Source: Coleofasciculus sp. B1-GNL1-01
GTDB taxonomy: Bacteria > Cyanobacteriota > Cyanobacteriia > Cyanobacteriales > Coleofasciculaceae
Assembly (NCBI GenBank): GCA_040220235.1
Contig: JAVJTO010000024.1
Strand: one strand, 5' to 3'
Length of the DNA: 64,000 bases
Shown here: positions 41,813 through 52,651 of the stretch, in pieces
Numbering within the stretch: the first letter of the stretch is position 1
Layout: each line of letters begins with the position of its first letter
The notes under the pieces: generated by a model
Told to the model about the DNA's origin: nothing
Database searches by the model: none
The model's input: only the letters and a program-made list of their open reading frames with translations
Program-made: the position numbers and the translations under genes

Positions 41813-43765
41813 ATGACTAAAGGCAACCTATTAATTGTTGACGATACCCCAGAAAACTTACAAGTTTTATCCGCCACCTTGTCGGAGCAAGGCTATCAAG
41901 TGCGGGGTGTGGTTAAGGGGAAAATGGCAATTCGAGCCGCTAAATCTGCCCAACCCGATCTCATATTACTGGATATCCGGATGCCAGAAATGAATGGATA
42001 TCAAGTCTGTGAAACTCTCAAAGCTGATCCAGAGACTTGTGATATTCCCGTCATTTTCATTAGTGCCATTGATGATGTTTTGGATAAAGTCAAAGCCTTT
42101 CGCGTGGGTGGTGTTGATTACATTACCAAACCCTTTCAAGTTGAAGAAGTATTGGCGCGGGTGGAGCATCAACTGACGATTCGGCGGCTGTCCAAAGAAG
42201 TACGCGATCGCCATCACAAATTAGAGCAGGAAATTCAAGAGCGACGCAAAGCCGAAAAAGCCGCCGCCGCCGCCTCTAAAGCTAAAAGTGAATTTCTCGC
42301 CAATATGAGTCACGAACTCCGCACGCCCTTGAATGCTATTTTAGGGTTTACCCAAGTCATGAGTCGTGATCTGAAAATTACGCCGGAACAACGAGAATAT
42401 CTGGGTATTATTAATCGTAGTGGTGAACATTTACTGGACTTAATTAATGATGTCTTAGATTTGTCGAAGATTGAAGCAGGTATTATTTCACTCTATGAAA
42501 GTAGCTTTGATCTGTATCGCTTGTTAGATAATTTGGAAGAAATGTTCCAAATTAAAGCCGAGCAAAAAAAGTTAAATCTAGTTTTCAGCGTCGCACCCAA
42601 TGTTCCACAAACAATAAAAACCGATGCAAAAAAATTACGGGTTTGTTTGATTAACCTTTTAGGTAACGCGATTAAATTTACCGAACAGGGTACTATTACC
42701 TTACGAGTAAATTTGGCAACTGAGCCGTTAACCGATCAAAACCCTTCAGACACCGACTCATCATCATTGTCAGCATTTCCCCCCCGACTCCAGTTTGAAG
42801 TAGAAGATACGGGAGCAGGTATTTCTCCGGCTGAAATTGACAACTTATTTGATGCCTTTGTCCAAACCGAAACCGGACAAAAAATGGCGGAAGGGACAGG
42901 TTTAGGGTTAACCATTACCCGTAAATTTGTGCAACTGATGGGGGGAACGATTACCGTCAGTAGTGTTGTCGGCAAGGGGACAATTTTTAAATTTGGTATT
43001 AAAATTAGTCCGGCAGATGTCTACCCCGTCACCCCCCAACCCCGTCAGCGCGTCTTAGGCTTAGAACCCAATCAACCAACCTATCGTATCCTTGTCGTTG
43101 ATGATACCCCAGAAAATCGCCTGTTGCTGACTAAATTACTCGAACCGATTGGATTTGAAGTGCGGGAGGCGGCAAATGGGATGGAATGCTTACCGTTATG
43201 GGAAACTTGGCAACCTCACTTGATTTTTATGGATACACGTATGCCAATGATGGATGGGTTAGAAGCAACGCGACGGCTTAAAAGCAAAGAAAAAGAACGG
43301 TTATCTCAATCCAACTCAGTTCTCGATTTATCTAGAACTATTATTATCGCCTTAACCGCCAGCGCCTTTGAGGAAAGGCGAGAGGAGATTTTAGCCGCCG
43401 GATCTGAGGATTTTGTCCGGAAACCGTTTACAGAGGAGCAAATTTTTGACACAATTGCCCACCATTTAGGAGTACGCTATCGTTATGAAGAGTTATCGGA
43501 TAGTTTACCTCTCTCTCGCTCAAGTTATAGCACACAAGAGATGTCCGATTCGTTTTTCTGTTCAGAGTTATCCAGTCTACCTTCAGCCTGGGTGACTGAA
43601 TTAGAACAGGCAGCTAATCAGTTAGATGAAGCAATGATTGCTCAGTTGATTCAAAAACTACCGACAGAAAAGGCAGATTTAGCCAAGGCATTAACGGATT
43701 TACTTCATGATTTTAGACTGGATATTATTGTGCGAGTGACTCAGGCGGTCATTAATCATTCATAA
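41813..43765 (+). CDS. Hybrid histidine kinase: REC, HisKA, HATPase, REC
   Basis: LLDIRMP, SHELRTPLN and FMDTRMP motifs. Confidence 0.94.
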   Translation: MTKGNLLIVDDTPENLQVLSATLSEQGYQVRGVVKGKMAIRAAKSAQPDLILLDIRMPEMNGYQVCETLKADPETCDIPVIFISAIDDVLDKVKAFRVGGVDYITKPFQVEEVLARVEHQLTIRRLSKEVRDRHHKLEQEIQERRKAEKAAAAASKAKSEFLANMSHELRTPLNAILGFTQVMSRDLKITPEQREYLGIINRSGEHLLDLINDVLDLSKIEAGIISLYESSFDLYRLLDNLEEMFQIKAEQKKLNLVFSVAPNVPQTIKTDAKKLRVCLINLLGNAIKFTEQGTITLRVNLATEPLTDQNPSDTDSSSLSAFPPRLQFEVEDTGAGISPAEIDNLFDAFVQTETGQKMAEGTGLGLTITRKFVQLMGGTITVSSVVGKGTIFKFGIKISPADVYPVTPQPRQRVLGLEPNQPTYRILVVDDTPENRLLLTKLLEPIGFEVREAANGMECLPLWETWQPHLIFMDTRMPMMDGLEATRRLKSKEKERLSQSNSVLDLSRTIIIALTASAFEERREEILAAGSEDFVRKPFTEEQIFDTIAHHLGVRYRYEELSDSLPLSRSSYSTQEMSDSFFCSELSSLPSAWVTELEQAANQLDEAMIAQLIQKLPTEKADLAKALTDLLHDFRLDIIVRVTQAVINHS

Positions 43766-43773
43766 GGACTAGA

Positions 43774-46500
43774 GTGATGCTAAGTCAACAATTATCAATG
43801 GTATTGAATAAACCTAAAATAACGATATTAGTGGTTGACGATAACCCCAATAATTTACGGTTTTTATCGAATGTATTGGAGAAAGAACATTATAACATTC
43901 AACGGGCTATTTGTGGTAAACTCGCCATCCATGCGGCAATTTCATCGCCTCCTGATTTAATTTTACTGGATATTGTCATGGCGGATATGGATGGGTATAG
44001 TGTTTGTCAATGTCTGAAGACAAATACGAAAACCAAAGACATTCCGATTATTTTTTTAAGCGCATTGACGGAAGCGGCAGAGAAAGTCAAAGCCTTGAAA
44101 ATTGGCGGGGCTGACTATATTACTAAACCGTTCCAACCAGAAGAAATTTTAGTGCGGATCGAACATCAACTGCTCCTGCAAGGATTACAGAACCAGTTAA
44201 AAGAACAAAATAGTTTACTCCAACAAGAAATTCGCGATCGCCAGCAAGCCGAAAACCAAATTCGCCAACAGGCAAAACAGCTTAGCCATCAAAATAGTTT
44301 ACTCATTGAACTGGCTAAGAATAAAATTTTATATCAGGGAAATTTAGAATTAGCGTTTCAGAAAATCACCGAAGTCACAGCCCGTACCCTTGAGGTCGAA
44401 CGAGTCGGTATTTGGCTCTATAATCAACAAAAAACTCATATTGAATGTCTGGATTTATTCCAGCAAAGTTACTGTAAACATAGCACCGGTTTAAGCCTAG
44501 CCCTAGCTAACCATCCTCTTTACTTTAACGCTTTAATTGAGGCTCCCCTCGTTGCCGTAAATGATGTGATGAGCGATCCCAGAAGTGGTGATCTGCTGGA
44601 GTCTTACCTACAGGCATTAAACATAACATCAATTCTAGACACTCCTTTACGATTGGGTGGAAAAACCGTAGGTGTGTTATGTGTTGAACAGATAGAAACA
44701 TGCCGACATTGGACACCAGAAGAGCAAAACTTTGCCCGTTCTATCGCTGATATCACCTCATTACTCTTAGAAGTTCAAGAACGCCAACGCGCCGAAGTTG
44801 CCCGCCAAATCTCCGAAGAAAAATTTGCCAAAGCTTTTAGTTGTAGCCCTGACCCGATTACGATTAGTAGTTGCCCAGACGGACGCTATATCGATGTGAA
44901 TCAAAGTTTTCTCAATCTATTGGGGTATGATAGAAAAACTGTCATTGGTCAGACAATTTTTGATCTAAACTTGGTCGTCAATCCGGAAAACATGGTTCAG
45001 TTTAAACAGCTTTTGCATCAACAAGGGTCACTGGGTAACTGGGAAACGGAATGGCGGACTAAATGGGGTGAGATTATTACCTTATTATTATCGGCTGAGT
45101 TTATTGATTTAAAAGGGGAACGCTGTGTAATCACCGTCGGCAAAGATATTACAGAACGCAAGCGAATTGAAGAAGATTTACGCCAAAGTGAAGAACGCTG
45201 GCAGTTAGTCTTACAAGGCAATAATGATGGAATTTGGGATTGGAATTTACACAGTGGTGAAGTGTTTACATCTGAGCGGTTTCAGGAAATTATCGGCAAT
45301 CAAAATTGCCACGATGACACCTGCAAAATTGTACATCGTTTCGATGAATGGATCAGTCGTATCCATCCCGATGATGTGGAGCAAATTATCGAAACAACCC
45401 AAAACTACTTGCAGCAAAAAATCCCTTATTATGAAATCGAATATCGCTTACAATGCCAAAATGGTGACTATAAATGGGTAATGTGTCGTGGACAAGCCTT
45501 GTGGGATGAGGACGGAAAACCCCAGCGAATGGTGGGTTCACTCAAAGATATCTGCCAACGTAAACAAGCCGAGGAAGCCTTGCATCAATCGATTCAGCGA
45601 GAACAGGAAAAATCGATCCAACTAGAGACAGCATTAGCTGAACTCAAACGCGCCCAAACTCAACTGATTCATAATGAGAAAATGTCCAGCTTAGGACAAA
45701 TGGTGGCAGGGGTGGCGCATGAAATTAATAATCCTGTCAACTTTATTGGCGGGAATCTCATGTATGCTAAAAATTATTTTGTCGATCTCACTCGCTTAAT
45801 TAATGCCTATACCAAAAATTATCCCAATCCTCCTGAAGAAATTCAAGAGATTATTGAGGAGATTGACTGGGAGTTCGTCAGTGAGGATTGGCAAAATGTA
45901 ATCAAATCGATGGAGATAGGTGCTGATCGCATTCAGAAAATTGTTCAATCCTTACGCATTTTCTCTCGACATCATGAATCCGAGCGAAAAGTAATTGACA
46001 TTCATGAAAGTATAGATAATACCTTGATTATTTTACAGCATCGCTTCAAGGCATCAGGCAATCGTCCCAAAATTGAAGTGATTAAAGAATACGGTGAAAT
46101 TCCAGCGATTACCTGCTACGCCAGTCAGTTAAATCAGGTATTTATGAACTTGCTGAGTAATGGGATTGATGCCTTAGAGAATGAACCCGCTCCCCGCGTG
46201 ATTAAAATTCACACCGAAATGGTTCAAAAGAGTCAGAGTGCAGACGATAAGGGTCATAAACTATCAACAACAGACGTTGCGGTTATTCGGATTTCAGATA
46301 ATGGTGCAGGAATTAGTCCAGAGATTGTGTCCCAAATCTTTGATCCATTCTTTACCACAAAACCAGTAGGACGCGGTACCGGATTAGGCTTATCGATTAG
46401 CCATGAAATTATTGTCGAAAAGCATCAAGGTCAACTTCAGTGTGTTTCCCATCCCGATCAAGGAACAGAGTTTATTGTGGAAATTCCTATTATAAAATAG
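43774..46500 (+). CDS. Hybrid histidine kinase: REC, GAF, PAS, PAS, HisKA, HATPase (NtrB-like H-box)
   Basis: LLDIVM, AHEINNP and FDPFFTTKPVGRGTGLGL motifs. Confidence 0.94.
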   Translation: MMLSQQLSMVLNKPKITILVVDDNPNNLRFLSNVLEKEHYNIQRAICGKLAIHAAISSPPDLILLDIVMADMDGYSVCQCLKTNTKTKDIPIIFLSALTEAAEKVKALKIGGADYITKPFQPEEILVRIEHQLLLQGLQNQLKEQNSLLQQEIRDRQQAENQIRQQAKQLSHQNSLLIELAKNKILYQGNLELAFQKITEVTARTLEVERVGIWLYNQQKTHIECLDLFQQSYCKHSTGLSLALANHPLYFNALIEAPLVAVNDVMSDPRSGDLLESYLQALNITSILDTPLRLGGKTVGVLCVEQIETCRHWTPEEQNFARSIADITSLLLEVQERQRAEVARQISEEKFAKAFSCSPDPITISSCPDGRYIDVNQSFLNLLGYDRKTVIGQTIFDLNLVVNPENMVQFKQLLHQQGSLGNWETEWRTKWGEIITLLLSAEFIDLKGERCVITVGKDITERKRIEEDLRQSEERWQLVLQGNNDGIWDWNLHSGEVFTSERFQEIIGNQNCHDDTCKIVHRFDEWISRIHPDDVEQIIETTQNYLQQKIPYYEIEYRLQCQNGDYKWVMCRGQALWDEDGKPQRMVGSLKDICQRKQAEEALHQSIQREQEKSIQLETALAELKRAQTQLIHNEKMSSLGQMVAGVAHEINNPVNFIGGNLMYAKNYFVDLTRLINAYTKNYPNPPEEIQEIIEEIDWEFVSEDWQNVIKSMEIGADRIQKIVQSLRIFSRHHESERKVIDIHESIDNTLIILQHRFKASGNRPKIEVIKEYGEIPAITCYASQLNQVFMNLLSNGIDALENEPAPRVIKIHTEMVQKSQSADDKGHKLSTTDVAVIRISDNGAGISPEIVSQIFDPFFTTKPVGRGTGLGLSISHEIIVEKHQGQLQCVSHPDQGTEFIVEIPIIK

Positions 46501-46520
46501 AAATGATAAGTTAAACGGTA

Positions 46521-46581
46521 CTGTTCCCTGTTCCCTGTTCCCTGTTCCCTGTTCCCTGTTCCCTGTTCCCTGTTCCCTGTT
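46521..46581. repeat. STRR (CTGTTCC) x ~8.7
   Basis: Perfect heptamer tandem repeat. Confidence 0.95.
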
Positions 46582-46590
46582 TCTTGACAA

Positions 46591-48195
46591 ATGACTAACT
46601 ACGCAATTGATTTTGGCACAAGCAATACAGTGATCACGCGATGGAACGCCGCCACGGGCGAAGCGGAAACCGTCAGCCTACCTGGTTTATCAGTACAACT
46701 TGCCCAAAATCCACCCCTGATTCCCAGTTTGGTCTATGTTGAGGATGCCCAGCAAGGTCAGGTGATCGTCGGTCAAACAATCCGCGATCGCGGCTTAGAT
46801 CTTACCACCGATCCCCGCTTTTTCTCCAGTTTCAAACGGGGGATAGGTTCCCAGATTCAGGGATTTTTGCCGGAATTGGATGAACAACCCATCAGTTTTG
46901 AGCAAATTGGACAATGGTTCCTCAGCCAAATTATCGCCAAACTCTCCCCTTCCCCCACAGACACGATTGAATCCTTAATTCTTACCGTACCTGTCGATAG
47001 CTTTGAGGCGTATCGCCACTGGCTAACCGGAGTGTGTCAATCCTTACCCGTGGAACAACTGCGGATACTCGATGAACCCACCGCCGCCGCTTTGGGGTAT
47101 GGTGTAGCAGAAGGTGAAACCCTTCTCGTCGTGGATTTTGGCGGGGGGACTTTAGATTTATCCCTGGTGCAGTTAAATCAAGAGGTACAAACCGGGACAA
47201 AGCCCCTAGGTTTTATCCTTAAATGGGGGGAAAAAGTCTTGGGTGAACGTTCGGGACAAAAGCCCAAAATTGCCCGCGTACTCGCCAAAGCAGGGCAAAA
47301 TTTAGGTGGTTCAGATATTGATAACTGGTTAGTGGATTATTTTGTCCAAACCCAAGGAATTTCGCGATCGCCCTTAACCACGCGATTGGCGGAACGCCTG
47401 AAAATTAAGCTATCGACAGAATCCACCGCCACGGAAGTTTACTTTAATGATGAAACATTAGAGAGTTATGAACTGAATCTGGATCGGCAAACCTTTGAAA
47501 CCATTTTAAGGGATCACCAATTCTTTGATAACCTGAATGAACGAATGACCCAACTCCTGCAACAAGCACGGCGCAGTGGTATCGAAGTCGCCGATATTGA
47601 TGCGGTATTATTAGTTGGCGGAACCATAAAAATCCCCGCCATTCAAGCGTGGGTAAAGCAATACTTTAACGCCGAAAAGATTCGTTCCCGAAAACCCTTT
47701 GAAGCCATCGCCCAGGGCGCATTACAATTAGCCCAAGGCATAGAAGTCCAAGATTTCCTCTACCATAGCTATGGGATTCGCTACTGGGATCGACGGAATA
47801 AGTGTCACAATTGGCATCCCATTATTAAAGCCGGACAACCCTATCCGATGAGTAATCCCGTGGAATTAGTAGTAGGGGCGTCAGTAGACAATCAACCCAG
47901 CATTGAATTAATCGTCGGAGAATTAGGCGCAGAAACAGGAGCAACCGAGGTATACTTTGAAGGCGATCGCTTAGTCACACGCCAACTGGGTGGCGGCAAA
48001 ACCGCCGTACAACCCTTAAACGATCGCGACGGTGCCAGAACCATCGCCCAGCTTACACCCCCCGGAAATCCGGGACGCGATCGGATCAAACTCAAATTTT
48101 CAGTCGATCGCGATCGCGCATTACGATTAACAGTAGACGACTTACTCACCGAACAAACCGTCTTACAAAACCAGATAGTCGCCCAACTAAGTTGA
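46591..48195 (+). CDS. Hsp70-family (DnaK-like) protein
   Basis: AIDFGTSNT, DEPTAAALGYG, VDFGGGTLD and LLVGG motifs; lacks the canonical DnaK lid. Confidence 0.9.
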   Translation: MTNYAIDFGTSNTVITRWNAATGEAETVSLPGLSVQLAQNPPLIPSLVYVEDAQQGQVIVGQTIRDRGLDLTTDPRFFSSFKRGIGSQIQGFLPELDEQPISFEQIGQWFLSQIIAKLSPSPTDTIESLILTVPVDSFEAYRHWLTGVCQSLPVEQLRILDEPTAAALGYGVAEGETLLVVDFGGGTLDLSLVQLNQEVQTGTKPLGFILKWGEKVLGERSGQKPKIARVLAKAGQNLGGSDIDNWLVDYFVQTQGISRSPLTTRLAERLKIKLSTESTATEVYFNDETLESYELNLDRQTFETILRDHQFFDNLNERMTQLLQQARRSGIEVADIDAVLLVGGTIKIPAIQAWVKQYFNAEKIRSRKPFEAIAQGALQLAQGIEVQDFLYHSYGIRYWDRRNKCHNWHPIIKAGQPYPMSNPVELVVGASVDNQPSIELIVGELGAETGATEVYFEGDRLVTRQLGGGKTAVQPLNDRDGARTIAQLTPPGNPGRDRIKLKFSVDRDRALRLTVDDLLTEQTVLQNQIVAQLS

Positions 48196-48276
48196 ATGTT
48201 TGTTTGTAGTTGCGCTGTCTTCGCCATAAGCATTTAAGCGCCAACTATAAAGTAACATTTCAATTCAAAGGAGTGA

Positions 48277-48358
48277 TAAGCTGTCATGCATTTAAATTGG
48301 GTATTAGTAGCGAGCAATATGCAAAGCCTGCGGCATGGCTTCGCTTAACGCACTACAC
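48277..48358. mobile_element. Truncated copy of the 10318 MITE
   Basis: Near identical to 10318-10399. Confidence 0.75.
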
Positions 48359-48737
48359 GGCTTTCGCCATTATTTTTCACACACTGCACTAGAGCGCCAG
48401 TAAGCGTAATCACGATGGGGGTAAAGCAAGAGAAAATAGGTTGACACAACAGTTGTAACTCGTCTGATTGTGTGAAGTTTTACAAAATATGTCTCATTTA
48501 AGTCGAACTTCAAAAACTGAATACATCCATCACTGTGGTATCCACCTGTAGAATTTTCACCCCATGAAGGAGTGATATCATGTCCGATGAAGCACCGGGA
48601 GGAAAAAAGCCGGAAAAGCTCGCTGACATAGCATGGTCATTAAGGGCAATAGTCAGGAAATGCTATGACTGGCTGGGAAAGCTTTCAAAGTGCGATCGCG
48701 AGTAGGATTATTTAACAGTTGTGCGATCGCGTAGATT

Positions 48738-48983
48738 TTATGGTTGTGACGGATATTGATTGGTGGTAGTGTTCCCCGGATTGGGTGTCATAAGATTTGT
48801 CGGCGTAAGCCTCCGCTCAAAGCCACGAGCCAAAACGTGAAGGTTGTGAACAACGGCGGTACGTCGCCAGTCAAACAGGTTCTTGCGTAAACCGATATAG
48901 CGAGCGCGATTGCCAAGCCATGGTCCCAGATGTGCCAAGGAATGTTCAACTGCTGTGCGCTCTCGATTCTTAGCTCGTCCCAA
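48738..48983 (-). pseudogene. DDE transposase C-terminal remnant (IS1182/IS5-like)
   Basis: RERTAVEHSLAHL...RARYIGLRKNLFD.RRTAVVHNLH; no N-terminal part is present. Confidence 0.75.
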
Positions 48984-48988
48984 AGAAG

Positions 48989-49177
48989 TTAATTGGCGTC
49001 TTCGTAACTCAAACAGCAGGGGTCAAACACTCGCACCACACTTTCTGGCGTGTAAAATTGTCCGCCTTTCTTGCCTTCTGCTAGGGCAAACTGACCTATA
49101 TTTTTGCGGAGTTTATCTGCCGACTTCCACAACTTCTGCTCTAGGGTTTCACTGTTTTTGGCTTTGGTTTTCGGCAA
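48989..49177 (-). pseudogene. hsdM: Internally deleted type I R-M methyltransferase remnant
   Basis: [37 protein letters not shown] and RVFDPCC fragments joined in 62 aa. Confidence 0.8.
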
Positions 49178-49391
49178 TATCGTTATCTCCAGTAATCCAA
49201 TTGAGCGGATTGAGGCTCACTTTTTTAAGGGTAAGCGATGGGCTGGGTTGCTGGCAATTTTGATAGCGCTACGCGCCAGGGAATAGGGAATAGGGAAAAC
49301 AAAAAGACAAAGGGGTTTTCATTTGGTTTGTTTTGTTATAACATTTTTATATAACAATAAAACACTAGCACAACATAACCAGAAGAACGCC

Positions 49392-50300
49392 ATGAAACCG
49401 TTACCCCCTCAATTCGACAGTTCCCAGACGCCCGAAACAACAGCCCAGCAAGCGTTAGCGGAATTTGGCATTACCGAACTCCTCTCTCGACTCAAGCATT
49501 ACCGCGACATTGACTTCGACGCATCGCAAATGCACCTAACCGATGCGGAAGTCAAAATCCTCGCCAAGCTATTTATCCAAGAATTGATTCAAAGCCTCAA
49601 CGGTAAACTCATCGCTGGTACCTTAAATACCCTGCGTCATGGTGAGGAGATGGAGGAGAAAGTTACCCATCACGATTTGCCATTTCCCACCCCTCGCTAT
49701 AAAGAAGGCGATCGCGTTCAGTGGAAAACCGCTAATCCTGACTGGGGCGTCATTCTGGGACGTTTCTATGACTACAATCACCATCAATGGATGGTTTATT
49801 ACATCATCCAACTCGCCCCTGATTCTCCCAGTGCAGGTTGGGTAGCCACAGATACGGCGGCTGAAGCGGATGTGGAAAAAATACCTGATACGGTTGAACC
49901 CAATCAAGAGAATGGCAACTCCTACCGTTATCCCACCCATTCTCGCCGGGGGATACCGCCCCTATCTGTACAATGTCCAACTGAACCCTATAATCCCCGA
50001 CGGCGACACAATCTCCGCCCCATTAACCAGCGGGAAAAATACATTATTGACCTTTATTGTTACTGTGAATTAGGGATGACGCCAAAGCAGTTTTATGCCA
50101 AATGGGATGTCACGTATGAGCAACTGTCTCATATCTGTTCTCGTTCCTTGGGGACAGTACAGAATTGGTTTAACCGAGGTAAAGGATATTACCCGCCTAA
50201 ACCCGTTGATTTGCGCCATCTGGCAATCATGGATTTTTTGTTAGAGCATTTTGAAGAAATCCCCCAATCTCTGCTCAACCTGTTGTGTTCGTCTTTTTAG
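49392..50300 (+). CDS. Hypothetical multidomain protein: helical N-terminus, SH3/Tudor-like barrel, C-terminal HTH
   Basis: PRYKEGDRVQW...WGVILG...YYIIQL barrel-like segment; MTPKQFYAKWDVTYEQLSHICSRSLGTVQNWF HTH. Confidence 0.7.
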   Translation: MKPLPPQFDSSQTPETTAQQALAEFGITELLSRLKHYRDIDFDASQMHLTDAEVKILAKLFIQELIQSLNGKLIAGTLNTLRHGEEMEEKVTHHDLPFPTPRYKEGDRVQWKTANPDWGVILGRFYDYNHHQWMVYYIIQLAPDSPSAGWVATDTAAEADVEKIPDTVEPNQENGNSYRYPTHSRRGIPPLSVQCPTEPYNPRRRHNLRPINQREKYIIDLYCYCELGMTPKQFYAKWDVTYEQLSHICSRSLGTVQNWFNRGKGYYPPKPVDLRHLAIMDFLLEHFEEIPQSLLNLLCSSF

Positions 50301-50345
50301 ATCAGGTATCAGTTATCAGTTATCAGTTATCGGGAGATGGGGGAG

Positions 50346-50446
50346 ATTGTGTAGGGGCGGGTTTCACTATTATCTTTTTGGTTACACCCAGATGGAACTA
50401 AACCCGCCCCGACTTGACATAAGACAAATGACATAAGACAAATGAC
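50346..50446. repeat. Composite REP+STRR, inverted copy A (partner at 58279-58379)
   Basis: 101 bp with 4 mismatches to the reverse complement of 58279-58379 by manual alignment. Confidence 0.85.
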
Positions 50447-50462
50447 GAATGACCAATAACAA

Positions 50463-51521
50463 TCAAACCGCTTGCTCAACAATTAAGCCACCACTCAAGA
50501 CAATTTTCGGTACATCCAGAATGCTGATCATTTTTTCCCCATAGACTGCTTCTCCTTGCAAATAGTCAGGATTTACGCTAGTCGTTTCAGGAGTCACAGC
50601 AATAATCTGAAGCGGATTGAGTAGGAACATCGATTCACGCACATCTTCCACAATCACACCCGCCAAAATCTCCTCCACCTCCACAATCAGCGCTTTGGAA
50701 CTTCGGGTTATCGGGGTTAAGGGCAATTTCAACACTGGGCGAATATCGACTAAGGTGACAATTTCGCCCCGCAAATTCATATTTCCCACAATATGAGGGG
50801 GACAACAGGGAATCGGCGTCACCTGTTGAATATCGGTAAACTCCCGCACAACGCCTAAATCAATCCCGAATAACTGATCATTTAAGACAATAATCGTTAA
50901 CGGTTTGACACTGGTTAAGTCTTGACTCTCAAAGGGAAGCTTGAGATTATTCGCTCGTTCTCGGAAAATGTCTCGTTCTTCGGGTGTTGCATTTGCAGCA
51001 AATACGGCTTGTTCGGTAACTAATTCTTCACTCGATTGACTCCGGTTCAGTTCTTGGCTGAGATAGTTCTCTACTAATTTAAACGTGTGGCTATCTATCG
51101 CGCTTAACCAATTCTCTGGATCACTTAAAATAACGATATCACCAGCATGGCGGGTGAGTCCACCAATGACGCCGTTTTCGCTAACGGTTTGATTCGGCTC
51201 AAGTTCAGTGGTAATTTCATCTGGGGCGATTGTCAGGACTTCACAAACCTGATTCACAATAATCCCAACTTTGGTTTTCTCTCGTCTTAGAACGATAATA
51301 CTGTCGGTTAAACGGTAGTTGGATGATTGCAAACCAAGACTCTGATTAAAATCGATAACGGGTATCATTTCTCCCCGCAAATTCACCACGCCAATCATTT
51401 CACGCGGCGCTTCGGGAATGGAGATTAATTCTGGTAGAGGAAATACTTCCTCTACGTAAGCTGTACTGATAGCATACAGCCGATCATTTAAACCAAAACT
51501 AAAATAGGAGTTGTCTGTCAT
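50463..51521 (-). CDS. cheW: Tandem CheW-CheW coupling protein
   Basis: Two CheW domains (GVVNLRGEMIPVID and GNMNLRGEIVTLVD). Confidence 0.93.
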   Translation of the reverse strand: MTDNSYFSFGLNDRLYAISTAYVEEVFPLPELISIPEAPREMIGVVNLRGEMIPVIDFNQSLGLQSSNYRLTDSIIVLRREKTKVGIIVNQVCEVLTIAPDEITTELEPNQTVSENGVIGGLTRHAGDIVILSDPENWLSAIDSHTFKLVENYLSQELNRSQSSEELVTEQAVFAANATPEERDIFRERANNLKLPFESQDLTSVKPLTIIVLNDQLFGIDLGVVREFTDIQQVTPIPCCPPHIVGNMNLRGEIVTLVDIRPVLKLPLTPITRSSKALIVEVEEILAGVIVEDVRESMFLLNPLQIIAVTPETTSVNPDYLQGEAVYGEKMISILDVPKIVLSGGLIVEQAV

Positions 51522-52639
51522 GGGGAGTCTGGCTCGATAATGTTGTTTAAGGAGGATTGGAGTTGTTTAATCAGTTCAGATGGCGTCAAATTGCCTAATT
51601 TTTGTAGGGGCGTATCGGGTGGTAACTGTTTGAGTAGATTCAAGGCGACATGCTGCATTTTAATCGTGTTTTTTTCTAAGTCATGTTCGATAGTTTCTGG
51701 ATTAAAGGCTAAGGTGTAATCATCGTCGGTATCCCAAGTCAGGGGACTGGAAACATCGCCTACAGGGGTATAAACTAAACTCTCAGTTTGACGTTTATAC
51801 ACTAAGGATTCGGGAAAAACATTGGTTTTAAACTGTTTGAGAACTTGACCATAGAGTTCAGAATGACCTGTGATTAGATAGCCTAAGGGCTGGAGTGCAT
51901 GGTAAAACTTATCCAAGACTTGGGCAATGGCGGAGGATTCAAAGTAGATAAAGACATTTCGACAAATAATTAAATCAAACGCCTGTAAATCTAAATGAGG
52001 TTGGGGGAAAAGGTCTTTGACTAAGTTGAGCTGTTGCCATTTGACTAAGGCTTTGATGGTGGGATCAATGTGGTAGTGATTATCAATACATTTAAAATAG
52101 TTCTGTTTAATGTTTGGATCAATACTTCTTAATGACCAAGCCCGATAAATCCCTTGTTTGGCTTTGTCTAGTGCCTCTTGATTAATGTCTATGCCAAAAA
52201 TAACTAAATTCCAGCTATCAATATCAGGGATTAATTCATTCAGCATAATCGCTAAGGAATAGGGTTCCTCTCCGGTTGAACATCCCGCACTACAAAGCCG
52301 CAGGGTTTTATCCACCTGATGACGCTGAATCAGTTCTGGTAATATTTTAGTTTTGAGCAATTTACATTGTTCTTTATCCCGAAAAAAGTAACTTTCGAGA
52401 TTGGTGAGCAAGACAACCAATTTTTTCCATTCTTGATCCGCTTCTCTGGTTTGACAATTGAGCAGCAAGTAATAATCTTCTGGAAAGGTTAGTTTAATTG
52501 CCTTCATTCGGGCAAATATTTTGTCCGTTAAGTTGGCTTGATCGCGCTCTCTAACTACTAAACCAGTACGTTGAGCAATTAAGCGAATAAAGGATTGTTT
52601 TATTTTAGGACTTAACTCATTGGATGTTGACACATTCAT
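51518..52639 (-). CDS. cheR: CheR methyltransferase
   Basis: ESYFFRD, SAGCSTGEEPYS and CRNVFIYF motifs. Confidence 0.95.
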   Translation of the reverse strand: MNVSTSNELSPKIKQSFIRLIAQRTGLVVRERDQANLTDKIFARMKAIKLTFPEDYYLLLNCQTREADQEWKKLVVLLTNLESYFFRDKEQCKLLKTKILPELIQRHQVDKTLRLCSAGCSTGEEPYSLAIMLNELIPDIDSWNLVIFGIDINQEALDKAKQGIYRAWSLRSIDPNIKQNYFKCIDNHYHIDPTIKALVKWQQLNLVKDLFPQPHLDLQAFDLIICRNVFIYFESSAIAQVLDKFYHALQPLGYLITGHSELYGQVLKQFKTNVFPESLVYKRQTESLVYTPVGDVSSPLTWDTDDDYTLAFNPETIEHDLEKNTIKMQHVALNLLKQLPPDTPLQKLGNLTPSELIKQLQSSLNNIIEPDSP

Positions 52640-52651
52640 TACCTAATCGGT

